Source: Felis catus (taxonomy: Eukaryota). From it: a stretch of DNA of 64,000 nucleotides. Of this stretch, positions 48,819 to 60,814 are shown in pieces (position 1 is the stretch's first letter; each line of letters starts with the position of its first letter). The notes below the pieces were generated by a model. That model was not told the DNA's origin. It searched no databases and saw only the letters and a list, made by a program, of their open reading frames with translations. The stretch spans positions 80,974,001 to 81,038,000 of the forward strand of contig NC_058368.1 in the NCBI RefSeq assembly GCF_018350175.1, written 5' to 3'. Position numbers and translations under genes: made by a program.

Positions 48819-51291
48819 TGTAACTTGTGGACAGGGTGAGATCCACAGTGAAGTGCGGTAGCAAGAAAGAGGCAGCAGCCCAGGCTGAGGTTGAACCTGA
48901 TGGCAGGCCCCGGCGCATGCCCGGCACATGCAGACCGCAGCCAAGCAGAGCCTGGTTTGGAAGGTCCGGGGAGTGTACACGTGGAGATAACGCCCAGGCC
49001 CTGGGGTCCAGGAAAGGGGGCAGCCATCCTGCCTCAGTGCAGAATTGTGTTGTCTCTGCAGATAGACCAGCCAGCTTGCATTGGGACGGATGGTTACGTC
49101 CAGGCCTTGACATATGTGCTTGGCCATTAATTGGCTTGTGAGTTTAGATCATGTGCCTCCTCCTCCTCCTAATTCAGGGTTCCTGCAGCATCCCGCACGT
49201 GGTGTGTGTTTCTGGTGTTGATACGTGTGGTGGTCAGGAGCCCAGGCCTCTGGCGTCTGGCAGAACTTCTGGTCCTGCTAACTTACACTGAGCAGTTTGC
49301 TAGCCTCTCCAAAACTCAGCACCCTCATTTATAGCAAAGGACTTGTTCCTGTTGGTTGTTACAAGGATGAAATGATAAAATATTAGGAGCTTAACAAAGT
49401 GCCCAATACAGAGCAAGAGTTCAAAAGGCAGAGCTGTAACCTCTTGGGCATAAAATCCGCCAGGCAAATCCCCACGTGGTAACACGAGGGTCCTCATCCA
49501 GAGACACGAGAAGAAACGTGCGTCTCAATTTGTGGAGACGCTTCTCCCGCGCATCTCTGCGGTTGGCCGCTCTGGCCCCCGCGTGGCCTCCTGGGTGCCC
49601 ACCGCAGGCTGTGTCTGCTGCCCATCTTCTCGCCTCTTGGCCATGTGGCCCGGGTCCCACCCGCCTAGAACTTTGCTGGAAATTAAGTATGAAGCGCAAA
49701 TTTGGGGCACTGCCGTCACAGGCCCTTTTTCTGCCTCTTGAGAATAGGGAGAGGGATGCGAGAGAAAGTAAATGAACAACGAGTAATGTTGCAGCTGGGC
49801 TGACGCGACGCTGTAACCTGGGACCAGGGCTCGTGGCTTGCTCTTGACCCCTCGGTCCATCCTGGGGACTGTTCCATCTTTGCCCACCAGGTGAGAGTGG
49901 AGACGTGCCTCCCAGGACCTTTGCCTGCACTCTGTAACGCCAGGGTGGGGTAAGCATGACTTACTTTGCTCACTCAGACAGCTTAACGTCCCTGTGTGGA
50001 GAGAGGACGTGCTGTGGAGGCAGTGCCCACGCTCCAGTCTGGCTCCAAGACGTCACTGCCTGTGCATCCGTGAGAAACGAGAGTTACAGCCACAAATGAT
50101 AGACCCTGTAAACGTCTTTAAATGCCGCTCATCCCCTCTAAGTCTTTCTCAATGCTGAGCGACAGCAGGGTGCTCTCGGGCCTGTTGAAGGGTGTCGATA
50201 TGCACTGGCCTTGCTGCTGGGCGGGGACGTTGGTATCGGGTGGCACACATGTTCTGCCTCGACCCTAATGTGTGTTTATCCAGTTGTTTGTTGGGTCTCT
50301 GGTGGTGGGTCCACTTTGAGGGAGGCCTGAAGCTTCCACCCAGCTCTGTTAAGGAGGGTGATCATGAAGTATTGATGTGAAATTCTAGGGCCTTCCGGGT
50401 CCATGAAAGGCTGTGCAGGAGGCAGGTGGAAGATGAAACTTCACTGGCTTCACTACGGAGCAGCCGTAACGAGACGTGACCCCCCGACTCCCACTGCTGT
50501 CTGTGGGGGGTCCCCAGTCCTGTGGCTGCCTGTCGGCTGTCTGCCATCGCTCTTGGCCCATGGCCTGTTCCAGCTGAATCCCCCCAAGCAGGTGTATGCG
50601 CCCTGGACCCTCAGCCTCCAGCAGCCCCACTCCGTCACAAGTGGACGTCTCCTTCCGGGGAAAATCTGCTGGGCCTACGACTGAGCGAGATCCAAGTGGT
50701 GACACATTACTTTCTGCGTGCTGCCGTGAGCCCACTTGTCCGTGATAATTAGGAAAGAGACCCTTTTGAGAGTGAGAAGGGTTGGGGCGAGTGCAGAGGC
50801 AGGCTTCGCTGACCCCGAGGTCAGGAGTGTGGGGTGGGGTCCCGAGACCAAGGCCCCGGTGAGGCTTCAGAGCAAGCATTAGGGACCGATAGCGAGTGCC
50901 CCCTGGAAGGGAGGCTCCTGGAGGGTGGGAGGGGGTCCAGAGCAGGCCTGACTGTCAGAGCAGGCCTGACAGGTGTCTGTGTGGTGACAGGCCCACGGGA
51001 TGAGCTCTGATAGGGCTGTGGGGGCTCAGCGTTGTGTCCAGAGGGAGTTAGAAACGGAGGTGAGTGAAAGGGCCGCCCTTGTCCTCATCCCCACAGAGGA
51101 CACAAGTTCTGCCAGGAATGGGGGTCAGAGGGAGACCGGGAATTCCTCACCCCGTGTGCTCCTGGGGCGCGGGTCTCGGGCCTCCCCTGTGCCCGGCAAA
51201 GGCCGTAAGCAAAAGCCACCACTGCCAAATGCCGCAGGGAGGGAAGAAGAAGATACGGCACCTGGTCGCGCTTGACCTTGTGTTACAACAG

Positions 51292-51341
51292 CCGAGGCAG
51301 CACTCCGCCGGATGGCACAGAAGCGACAGTGGCTGGAGCGG
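51292..51341 (+). other. Candidate 50-nt internal exon (unidentified transcript)
   Basis: cttgaccttgtgttacaacAG acceptor (weak pyrimidine tract) and CGG|GTAAGG donor. Open in all three frames; one reads EAALRRMAQKRQWLER. Confidence 0.3.
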
Positions 51342-51491
51342 GTAAGGCCCCGGCGTGCGAACAGAGAGCCAGCACTGTGTGACTTAGGCAGGGACAACAG
51401 AGTCCACGGCCACCCCCGCTCATCCCCGACGTGGCACAGCGACATGCAAACTTCCTAAAAAGTGGCGGAAGTAACGTGTATTCTTTTTCAG

Positions 51492-51517
51492 GCCAGAGGG
51501 GAAAGTTACGTCGTGGA
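51492..51517 (+). other. Candidate 26-nt microexon
   Basis: gtaac..tattctttttcAG acceptor and GGA|GTAAGT donor. Confidence 0.3.
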
Positions 51518-52479
51518 GTAAGTACGCATCGATTATAGGATTACAGGAGTGTACGGTGTAATCTGTTATTCAGCAACAAAACCACAAACGTTACAAGTAT
51601 CTCCATGGGTGGCACGAATACGAGCTCCAAACGTTTACATCTAAGGGGCGATGCCTTATTTCTATGGAACAGCAGTGAAGGATCGAAATACCGTTCACAC
51701 AGGAGGAAGCCCAAGTCGGACATCTTTAAATGGGATGGAAGACTGTGAGAGGGAAATTACTCTCAAATTATGAAACCAGTAGATGTGGAAATTGTGAACT
51801 TTTGCCCCAAGGGTGAGGCAAACACGTGGGTCGAGCACACTGCTCCCAGCCGCCGCCCAGCAGGTATGTCTGGCGCTCCCCCCGAGGAGGGGGAAGTCCC
51901 TCCGTGCCCCTTCCTCGGGGACCGGGCAAAGGAAGGCCTAACGCCAGCCACCCAGTGTGAACAGAGCAGCTCGCCAGGTGTTTCTGGGCACAGAGGAGCT
52001 GGGGCCAAGGTGACGCCAGCCTCGCCGCCTGCTTCACGCCCGACTCGCCCTCCTTCTGTCGTTTGCTGTCTCCCTCGTGTCCAGAGCGTTCTTTCCGTAA
52101 CTCGGCCCCAGCACTCACATCCCGCGGTGACTTCCATGGAACGAGGGCCACTTTGCCACAAATGAGCACAGATGTCCCTCTGCAACAAGTGAATGCTCGG
52201 TGACCTGGCTGTTTCAGTGGGTGGAGAGACCAGGCCGGGGAGCCCAGGGCACCAGCGCTACACCCTGAAGCCACACTCAGAGGAGAGAGCTTCCAACCTG
52301 ACCCTTTGTGTTCAGATTCTCAGCCTAAGTAATGCTTTGACACGCTGGGTCCTCGGCCCATATGCATTATTTGGAGAGGATTGCACATAGTTTGTTTTTT
52401 TAAAAAATTACGTGGAATCTGATTATTCTGTAGGGAAAAAAATGCCACTGATGCTAGGAAAATTACATTTAGAAAAATA

Positions 52480-55450
52480 GAAGAGATCAAAATGGGTATG
52501 ACATTTTATATCCTGCATATTTCACTTAACATTATTACATCATGAGACTTTTCCCACATCATTAAGTGCTTGTGTAAGAAGACTTGTGAAAATGTACAGT
52601 TGTCTCCTATATAAATGCATAATTATTTATTTTGAGTTGATTTATTTTAAACCATTCTGCTCCCTGTGTTACATATGGAAAATTACAATTTATACCCTGG
52701 TTCAACAAAAATCTTAGTATTTGCTTTTTACTCTTTCCATAGGGGAGAAAATCATGGAATGGAATTGCTGATTCAGGAGGAAGTAAACATTCACAAGGCA
52801 CCTGGGATACATTGGAAATCTACACTGCAGAAATTTCCCGTAAATGGACATCCCGTCTGTAAGGTAGGATTCCCATCTATACTTGACAACTTGAGTATTG
52901 TGATTTTTAAAAAAATCTTTGCCATCGTGACTATTATGAAGATGACATTTACATCTAAGTCATATTCCTGTGGCCATGACTGAGGCTCAACGTCTTTCAT
53001 ATGGTGACTGACTGTCTGCTGGGCTGCCTTTCTGAATCGCCTCTTTGTAGCTCATTCTTCTGTGAAGGTGTTTTTGTTTTTGTTTTCCTATTGATTTATA
53101 AGTGCTCTTTACGTATTGAGGACTCCAGAAGCCTTTTGGGTATTGGATGTGTTGTAAATATTGTCCCAGTTTATCATTCGACCTTGTATATTTTTTAACA
53201 GTAAAAGGCCATGAAAGTTTTCAGTTACCAAATCCATCAGCACTTCAGTGTTCCTACTTTAACGTCGTGTTTACAAAATCTGTTTTCACACCACATATTT
53301 ATGTATATAACTTTTTCCTCTAGTTCTTTGCTGGTTTTCTTGTGCTGTCATCCTTCTGCAGTTCATTTTTAGATGCATAGAGTGAACGCAAGTGTCAAAA
53401 CTGATTTATTTATTGTTAATAGTTAAACACTTATTCCAGCAGAGTTTACTTTGCAGTTCAGTCTTTCTCCACCCATTTCATATGTCCTTTCATTATTGCA
53501 CTGAAGAACATGACATAGTTCGTTCTCCTTCTGCTTCTCTGTCCGTATCTGGAACTGTTCACCTCGCGTTCTGGCGGTTGCACACTAATCAGTTGGTGTG
53601 GTCTGATACAGGATGTTTTCATGTGGAACACGCCTTCATAACTTTTTAATGACCTGTATGTTCTTTACCCTTTATCCTTCCGTATATAACTTAGTCAAGT
53701 TTGTAAAACTGTGTTGTTAGACTTTTGATTGGAACTTCATTCAATTCATTAAATAAATAATCCTAACGAGTGAATCGACATCTTTATAATATGTGTAATG
53801 GCTTTTCGATCGAGGAATATTATATGCTTCTTGTTGTATTTATATCCGCTCCCTCAGTGAATATTTGCTTGATGAAGGGATGTTTTTCGTATTTATTTCA
53901 GTGTCTTTTTTATGCTGTACGTATTTTATGCTGAACTGTGTTTCATTATTGTCGACATGTGGAATTGTACTAATTTTCGTATATTTGTTTTTCTACTGGC
54001 CATCCATGTGGTTCATGTTATTCGGAAAATTATTTTTTTGAGAGCAAGGTGGACGGGGAAATCTTACCGCATGAAAATGGCGATAGTGTTGCCTTTTTTG
54101 CCTAATTCTTGCAATTCCCAGACAGCGGTACACAGCGGGAAGGAGAGAGGCACCCAGCTCTGGCCCGTGTGAGGCACCAACGGCTGGGTCCCTCCCCCAT
54201 GTACAACATACAGGTGTTAGCTCCCTGTTGACTCCCACGCGACCTCTGAGATTTCAGGCGTCTCTTACCGTTCCTCGACATTTACTTTTCTCTATCTCTA
54301 AATAAATTAAATGTCTTTACCTCTTGTGGTTTGGAAAATATAAGCTTGGATTTTTAGTTTCTTTAGTGGCTACCCTAACTGTGTCTGAGTTCGGCTGATT
54401 CTGAGTTCTCTGATTATTAGTGTCAAAAATGAACGCTCAGCTCTGTAAGATTAGGAGGGATCTTCCCCCCCCTCCTCTGAAATAATTTCTGAACACTTAA
54501 AAATATAATGTGGGGAGCCCCTGGGTGGCTCAGTCAGTTGAGCGTCTGACTCTTAATTTCGGCTCAGCTGATGATCCCAGGGTCGTGGGGTTGAGCCCCG
54601 TGTCAGGCTCCACACTGAGAACAGAGGCTGGTTGGGTTTCTCTCTCTCCCTCTCTCTCTGCCTCTCCCCACTCGTGCTCTCTCTCTCTCTCTCTCTGTCT
54701 CTCAAGTTAAAATTTATATATATATATGTGTGCGTGTATATATAATCAGGGATTTTAAAGGAGATAGAAATGATCATGAAGATAATAATTTATAATACTT
54801 TGTTTTCTAGGAATAGTTTGATTTTTGTCTGATTTTGGAATCCTAATTACAGTTGTATAGATTTAATCCTATGTTTCTATCAGGAAGTCTGTGTGTTGGG
54901 GTCTGTGTCCGCATCCTTTGGGTTCCCTTCAGTTTAGATACTTTGCTCAGAGAGGTTGAGATGGTGGTCTTGCTTCTAGATTCTTCTTCTGCGCTTATGG
55001 TCTTGCTGCTCTTTGTGCATGTAGTTGCCTGGCATGGCCTTAGCGTTCTGAGTCCCGGCCATGCACCCTCGGAACTTGGGGGTCATTGCCACACTGTCCT
55101 TGGGATACACTGCCACGGTGACCGTGCCTGGGGACAGCTGTCACTTCCTTTACTTGTATGTGTTTTTACCATCGATACTGAAAGTTTATGGGATTGTTTT
55201 CCCTGTGCCTGAAATTTAACTCACTGGCCCCTGTGCAGGAATGTGTCTCTTTGCTTTATTTTAGCAAAAACCTCCACGAAATTTCAATTCTTTGTTGCTA
55301 TTCTTTCCTTTGTTGAAACTTCGTAGGCACAATGTTCTCCCTCTCTCTGCTTAAAAAATGTGTTCTATCTTCAACTTGCATTCAGGAAAGAATCTCAAAT
55401 TTGTTTTCCACATCCTCAGCTGAGTTTTCTGCGTGGCGATTAGCCACTCT
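52480..55450 (-). mobile_element. Degraded L1ME-like LINE-1 (fragmented, SINE inserted)
   Basis: Antisense L1 motifs: atggaattgctg, ttgatttataagtgctctttacgtatt, aaatccatcagc, gacttttgattggaac, gacatctttataatat. Confidence 0.7.
54512..54745 (+). mobile_element. Older CAN-SINE whose tail has become (TA)n/(TG)n
   Basis: GGGGAGCCCCTGGGTGGCTCAGTCAGTTGAGCGTCTGACTC head and (CT)n. Confidence 0.9.
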
Positions 55451-56110
55451 CTTGCTGTCCTGGAGATTCAAATTCTGTGTTTTCCTTTCTGTCTGTTTGT
55501 GACCCTTTCTTATCCCCCAGCTTGTACCCTTCTAACTCTTACCTGCGTCCCTTTCACGGTAGTCTCTGTCTTCACCCTGTTTTCCTTCTGGTTTTCACAC
55601 AGCCTATATGGCCCCGTGGGTTGAGAACACAGAGCAAACCCTTCCAGGAACTGTCCTTAGTTTTGCACAGTGCACACCTCACATTACCAGGTCTTTGATC
55701 TCCACCTTGAAAAGATTTCCGCCTTTGCTTCCTGTTAGTGTAGTTTTACAGACTCCCCCCCAGAACCGCTCTACCAGGCTCACGTGGAACAAGAAGGGAG
55801 TCCGGGAGATCCGTATTCTCGCTGTTCTTCCTGGCCGCCCCGGGACTGTGGTTGTGTTTTCTGTTCCCCGGGGCCGGGCAGGCTTCCAGCTGCCGGAGCC
55901 CTTCTGGCCTGAGGAGTGCTGATCGGTCCCTCACGTAAACACTGAGAGAAACAGTCGCGGACCCTGGAAAAGCCACCCTCCTTCCCTTTTCCAAACCCAT
56001 GCATGGAAAATTCACCCCTAAACACGGGGCTTTTCTCCTTTCCCCTTTTTCTACCACGATGCTTTCATTCCAAAATGCATTGTTATTTGGTCCCACTGGC
56101 CCACGTACAG

Positions 56111-56440
56111 ATGCGGAGACTGGCACCGGACCCTGTTCGTGGACACGGACCCACCTGCAGCGGCATCAGAAGGCGATTTGCGCGTCTTCCTGATTTGTAA
56201 CGTGATGCTTTGGACTATTAGACCCCGGTACTACATGTTTGCATTTACCTTACATGATTACGTGTAAATTTACATTATATGTGTACATGAAGCAGAATCT
56301 AAAAGTTGTAGATTTCAACTCCTTGACATGCTTGGTATCATCAAGTAGCTTTCAGAAAGATGTTTCGTGGAGACAGCCGGGCACGGGGTGTGTCCTTGGA
56401 ATCCGTTTCTGTGTTTTATATTTCTGCATTTACTGACATA
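56111..56440 (+). other. Candidate terminal-type exon (3' end undefined)
   Basis: First AG (56109-56110) after an AG-free stretch from 55973. Pyrimidine tract at about 56030-56052. A GC-rich start is followed by UTR-like AT-rich sequence. No canonical AATAAA seen. Confidence 0.25.
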
Positions 56441-59400
56441 GTTATTCTGGCATTCCTGTGTGGAACGTGGGCTTACGTTGAAGGGGCAGTGAGAGGGGGA
56501 GGAGCCACACGGGTGTTTTAGGGGAAAGGAGGAAGGATGGGCGAGCGGAAGTCCTCACCGCACCGTGAACGGCGTGTTTGAAGCAAATAGCGTCTGTATC
56601 ACAGGAGGTATAATCCTTTCTCAAAGCGGACGTAGCGTCTCAGTCTGCATGTCCCGGACGCACCCGGAGGACACGTTCATCTCCTGGTTTAGAGCTGGGG
56701 CTCGTCCTTGATAGTTCAAAGCCTCCTAACCACGTACAAGGCGGTGTTTGAGGAAGGTGGATGTGAGCGTTTACTTTGAGCCAGGGGCACCATGTTCATT
56801 ATTTTCCTAAATCAGCAAGTCTCCCCGAAGCACTTTGCACAGTGCGGCACGTCACCGGCTCCTAGGAGCGCGTGGCAGGCTGGGCGTCTGGCCCACTTTG
56901 AGGCTGGGTGGACCAGAGGGCTTCCGGGTCGAAGATTTTCTTGTTGGCTAGGACGCTCCCGAGCTCTGCTCTGCACAGAAATGGGCCATGTTCAGGAAGG
57001 CTGCTCGCCTGACCGAGCCCCCGCCCATGCAGGGGTGTGTGGCCTGAGCACAGAGTCGAGCTGCCCTGGTTCACTCCAGAGACTGCAGCCATCTGCTAGC
57101 TGTGGCCCCTGGCTCCTGGGACTGTGGATGACACCATGCAAGATGTCTTCACCGCCCCAGTGGCTTCACAGAAGGAGCCCCAGTTCACCTTCTCGGAGGC
57201 AGATCTTTGTTTCCTCCACGAGCCAGCACTGTAGCCAGAGGGTCCCCCAAGAAGTCTCCCCTCACGCCTGGAACCTGTGAATGGAATGTGTCGTGTGCAT
57301 CAGGGACTTTGCAGATGAGACGGAGGCTATGGGTCTGATACCTGGATTCCCTGCGGGACTCACTCTGTTGACAGAAACCCTTAAGCCAGCTGTCGAGAGG
57401 GGGTGAGGAGGGTGCGGGGGCGGGAGGCGGGAAGCGCCGGACCCGCTGTCACCGGGTTGAAGATGATGGAGGTCGGGAGCCAGAGAAGTGGGGGCCTGCG
57501 GAGCGGAGAACATCCCCCCGCCCAGACCCCAAGGACCTGGATTCTGCCCACAACCCAAGCACACCTGGAAGGGGAGCCCCCAGGTCTCCGAGGAGCTAGC
57601 CAAGCCCATCCCGTGGCAGCCGCGCAACTTGGGAGCGCAGATCTGGCCTGCTTTGGGACACTCAGTGTGTGTCTGCCTTGGCAGAGATAGGAAAGCAGGA
57701 CGGGCCGCTGGCAGTCTGCCAGGCTGGGGCTTGCCTCGCTGTCCCTGCTGGAGACCAGGGCCTGTCGGAGCTGGGCGGTTTCCCTGAGCATCTGTCCTGG
57801 GCCCTGAGGTTCACGGTGTCAGGCGCCTGGCGCGCGAAGCCCCGCTGCCAAGCCCACCGGGGGCATACAGGGCAGGGGCCTCCACTTACCCGCTTATACC
57901 AGCCACGGTCCCGCCAGTGCGCACGGTTCACGGGGGCGGTGGTGGCGCGGGGGGCCCCCGTCACTCGGCTGCAAGTCCGAGCTGAACGTGGGCACATTCT
58001 TGCTTTCCCTTCACAGACCACCTAGAGCTGACGAGACTCTCGGGCTCAGCAGGAGGCTCCGCACAGCCTGTCCTCAGGGGACACGTTAGACTGAGCTCAC
58101 TGTCCCGGCCCGTTTCTCCCTGTTTATGTGGCTTGGCGGCCTAGACGCCTTCTTTTTAGTATTAGTATTAATAACACGGTACTAGAGGTAGGAGCTGGTG
58201 TGTGTGGCACAGTGACCACTTGCTGGGAGCTGGTCTGAACACTTTATCACATCTCATTTAATCCTCACATGAGCCCATCATCCCGCCTACAGTGAGAATC
58301 TTCTTCCAGTTTTGTGCTTCGCCCTCTGGTTTTCCTCTCCTCTTCCTTAACGAAATATTTTGAAGGGAGAGACTTTTGGTTTACGTCAGAGACGAATTCC
58401 CTAAAAGAAAAAAAAAAAAATGGCCTCGCACCTGTGTAGACAGGTGCCCGTGCAGACATGCACCCTTGTAGGACATGCGTCCGTGCAGAACATGAGCCCC
58501 TGTGGGACTGTCACCCTGGCAGGCTGGAGCGTGGTGCAGCCACCATGGCCTGCCTGTCCGAGGCAGGGATCTGGGCTTCTGTCCTAGGACTATAGCCAGC
58601 CCGCGGGGGGCACACATGCCTTTCTTCTCCTGTCCTGTTGCTGCCACAGACTTGAGAGCCTTTCAGAAGTCAGACCAGGCCCGTTTGTGCACCTGTGGCG
58701 GTCTGCACACCCCAGCAGCCCCCCCGGGTCGTCTGCCTCCTGGCTGGGTCCGCGCGGCCCGAGACTTGCCACCCCACCCCATGCAACCCCAGGGTCCGGG
58801 GACCTGCTTCTGCTGCCTCCCATCCGGGCTTGCCCATCACTCACAGTAGACCCTCTGCACCTGAGCTTGGCTTCAGGCCCCGTGAGCGGAGACAGACCTA
58901 CAAGGACTGGAGAAAGAACAAAAAGGACCTCTTACTTACAAGGCACACGCTGAGAAGCAGTTCACAGGCGGCGTTTTTGATGGTGTAATAACTGTGTTCG
59001 GGTGCCCCAAAGGCTGCTCACCTCCCACGTCTGGGCCTTTCTCCTCCAGTCTCTGCTGCTCCCCACATGGGTCATGCCATTTCCACCTTCTGGAAGCCAC
59101 TCACCCTGTTTCTGGACTGCCTCTTGGGGTGAGCCTCTCTGAATGCCACAAACACCCGAGTTCCAGAAGGAAGGCAAGCCAGTCATCAGTGTCTACGAGG
59201 CTCACATGCTTAAAAGTCCCTTCCCTCATCTGGTTATTAATGTGCACGTGTAACAATTATTTACCGAGTGTTTACCTGTTACCCGCAAGCAGGACGCCGT
59301 TCGTTCTTCTGACAACGGGAAGGCGCTGCACGATTTGATTTTCTTCTTTAGGAAAACACCATCACCAGACGCGCAGGAGTGAGGGCGGGTAGTGGTGCTG

Positions 59401-60314
59401 CAGACCCCAAGATGAGCAGGGAGGCGGCTGCACGGGCACCAATGAAGGGTGACAGTTGAGGCCAGCAGCAGAAATACAGGTAGAAAAGGCAGAGCAGACA
59501 GTGAACTGCCCTGGAAAGAGAATAGCAGGGCATGGGGACCAGCGGGACATGGAAGCTGTCCCCCCCAGAACCCTCCTCCCGACACATCAATCCGGGAGCT
59601 TGCTTGAGGGTCCACCTTGTGTGGGTTGCTGAGGTTAGAAGGACCCAGGGCCACCATGAGGGGTCGGGCACCCATCTGGGCCACATCTTTAAGGAGGGTG
59701 GGGGGATAGTCCGATCTGCAGAGTGAGGAGAAAGAGGTTTGGCCACGGGGCAAGCTGGCCCCGGGTGGGGCCTCGGTGGAGGGGATTTTCATTCTCCACA
59801 AGCTGCTTCCTCCTCTGTGCACCCCTTCGTCGTGGCGGTGCTCTGAGACCACCGCCAGGGTCTGTGCTGAGCTGTGGCGATGCGCCTGTGCATCTTCAAC
59901 CCTCCCTGCCCTCGTGGTGACTCCTGTGTCACTCTGCAGAACCCGGTGCAGAGCAGGTGGTCAGTCTTCTCCGCCTGCTGCCGCCACTCCCCGCCCTTCT
60001 CCGGTGCCCCTTCTCCAGTATGGATCCAGGTCTACGCTGCAATGTAGCACAGTGGCATCTTCCCCGGGAGTGCTCTGCCCCGCCAGACAGTTCTCAGTGC
60101 CCACGTAGCCCTGAGACTGAGCTGTGACCCTGCTCCTGAAACGGACCTCTCAGTCGCTCCCAACTTCCCCATAAGCTTTCGAGGGATGGAGCGTAGGCTT
60201 ATTCGTGCCCACATGTCCACGCAGATGCCTGCCCACTTTGCCCATGGTAAGGGTTCAGTGAAGGATGAATGAAATTGAGAAACCGGAGAAATGACCCTGA
60301 GCCACATTTATTCC

Positions 60315-60814
60315 TGTGGTAGATCACAAAATGTGGCCACACATCCCTTCCATTCGGGTGTGTGTGCCTTGTCGTGGTATCACCTGGCCAATCTCCCCAT
60401 TGAGAAGTAGGGTCTAGTTCCCCCCCCCCCCCCCCCGCCCCTTAGATCCTTGGCTGCATTGTGGCCTCCTTTGACCAGTTAAATACCGTGGAAGTGACCT
60501 ATCGCAGCGTTGGGGCCGTGCCTAAGAGGGCTTGCTGGCCTGAGACCCCTAGTAAGAAAGCCGGCCTGGTCTGCTGGACACTGAGCCACCACGTGGAGGA
60601 GCCACCAGCCACAACCAGCCACCCGACGTGAGGGTGATGGCGCCCAGCCGGCCCTTCAGGGGACCAGTCATCTGAGGGGGCCAGCCATCTGAGGGGGCCA
60701 CGTAAGGCCAGCAGAGGGGCCACCCGGCCAGCTCACATTATAAAAAATAACAAATCGTTCTTAGCCACCGAGTTGTGGGGCTCGCTGGTGGTGTAGCAAG
60801 CCCTAACTGGCACA
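60315..60814 (+). mobile_element. Old MLT1 (F/G/H-like) solo LTR
   Basis: Starts tgtggtaga, internal cctttgaccagttaaataccgtggaagtgac, ends ttagccaccgagttgtgggg..gtagcaagccctaactggcaca. Confidence 0.7.

Noticed and set aside
50938..50970. Direct repeat CAGAGCAGGCCTGAC x2 (also CATCTGAGGGGGCCA x2 at 60669-60700)
   Set aside because: Ordinary 17-18 bp slippage duplications.
60420..60441. C17 homopolymer (also C14 at 32906-32919)
   Set aside because: Simple expansions inside old repeats, and lengths are prone to sequencing error.
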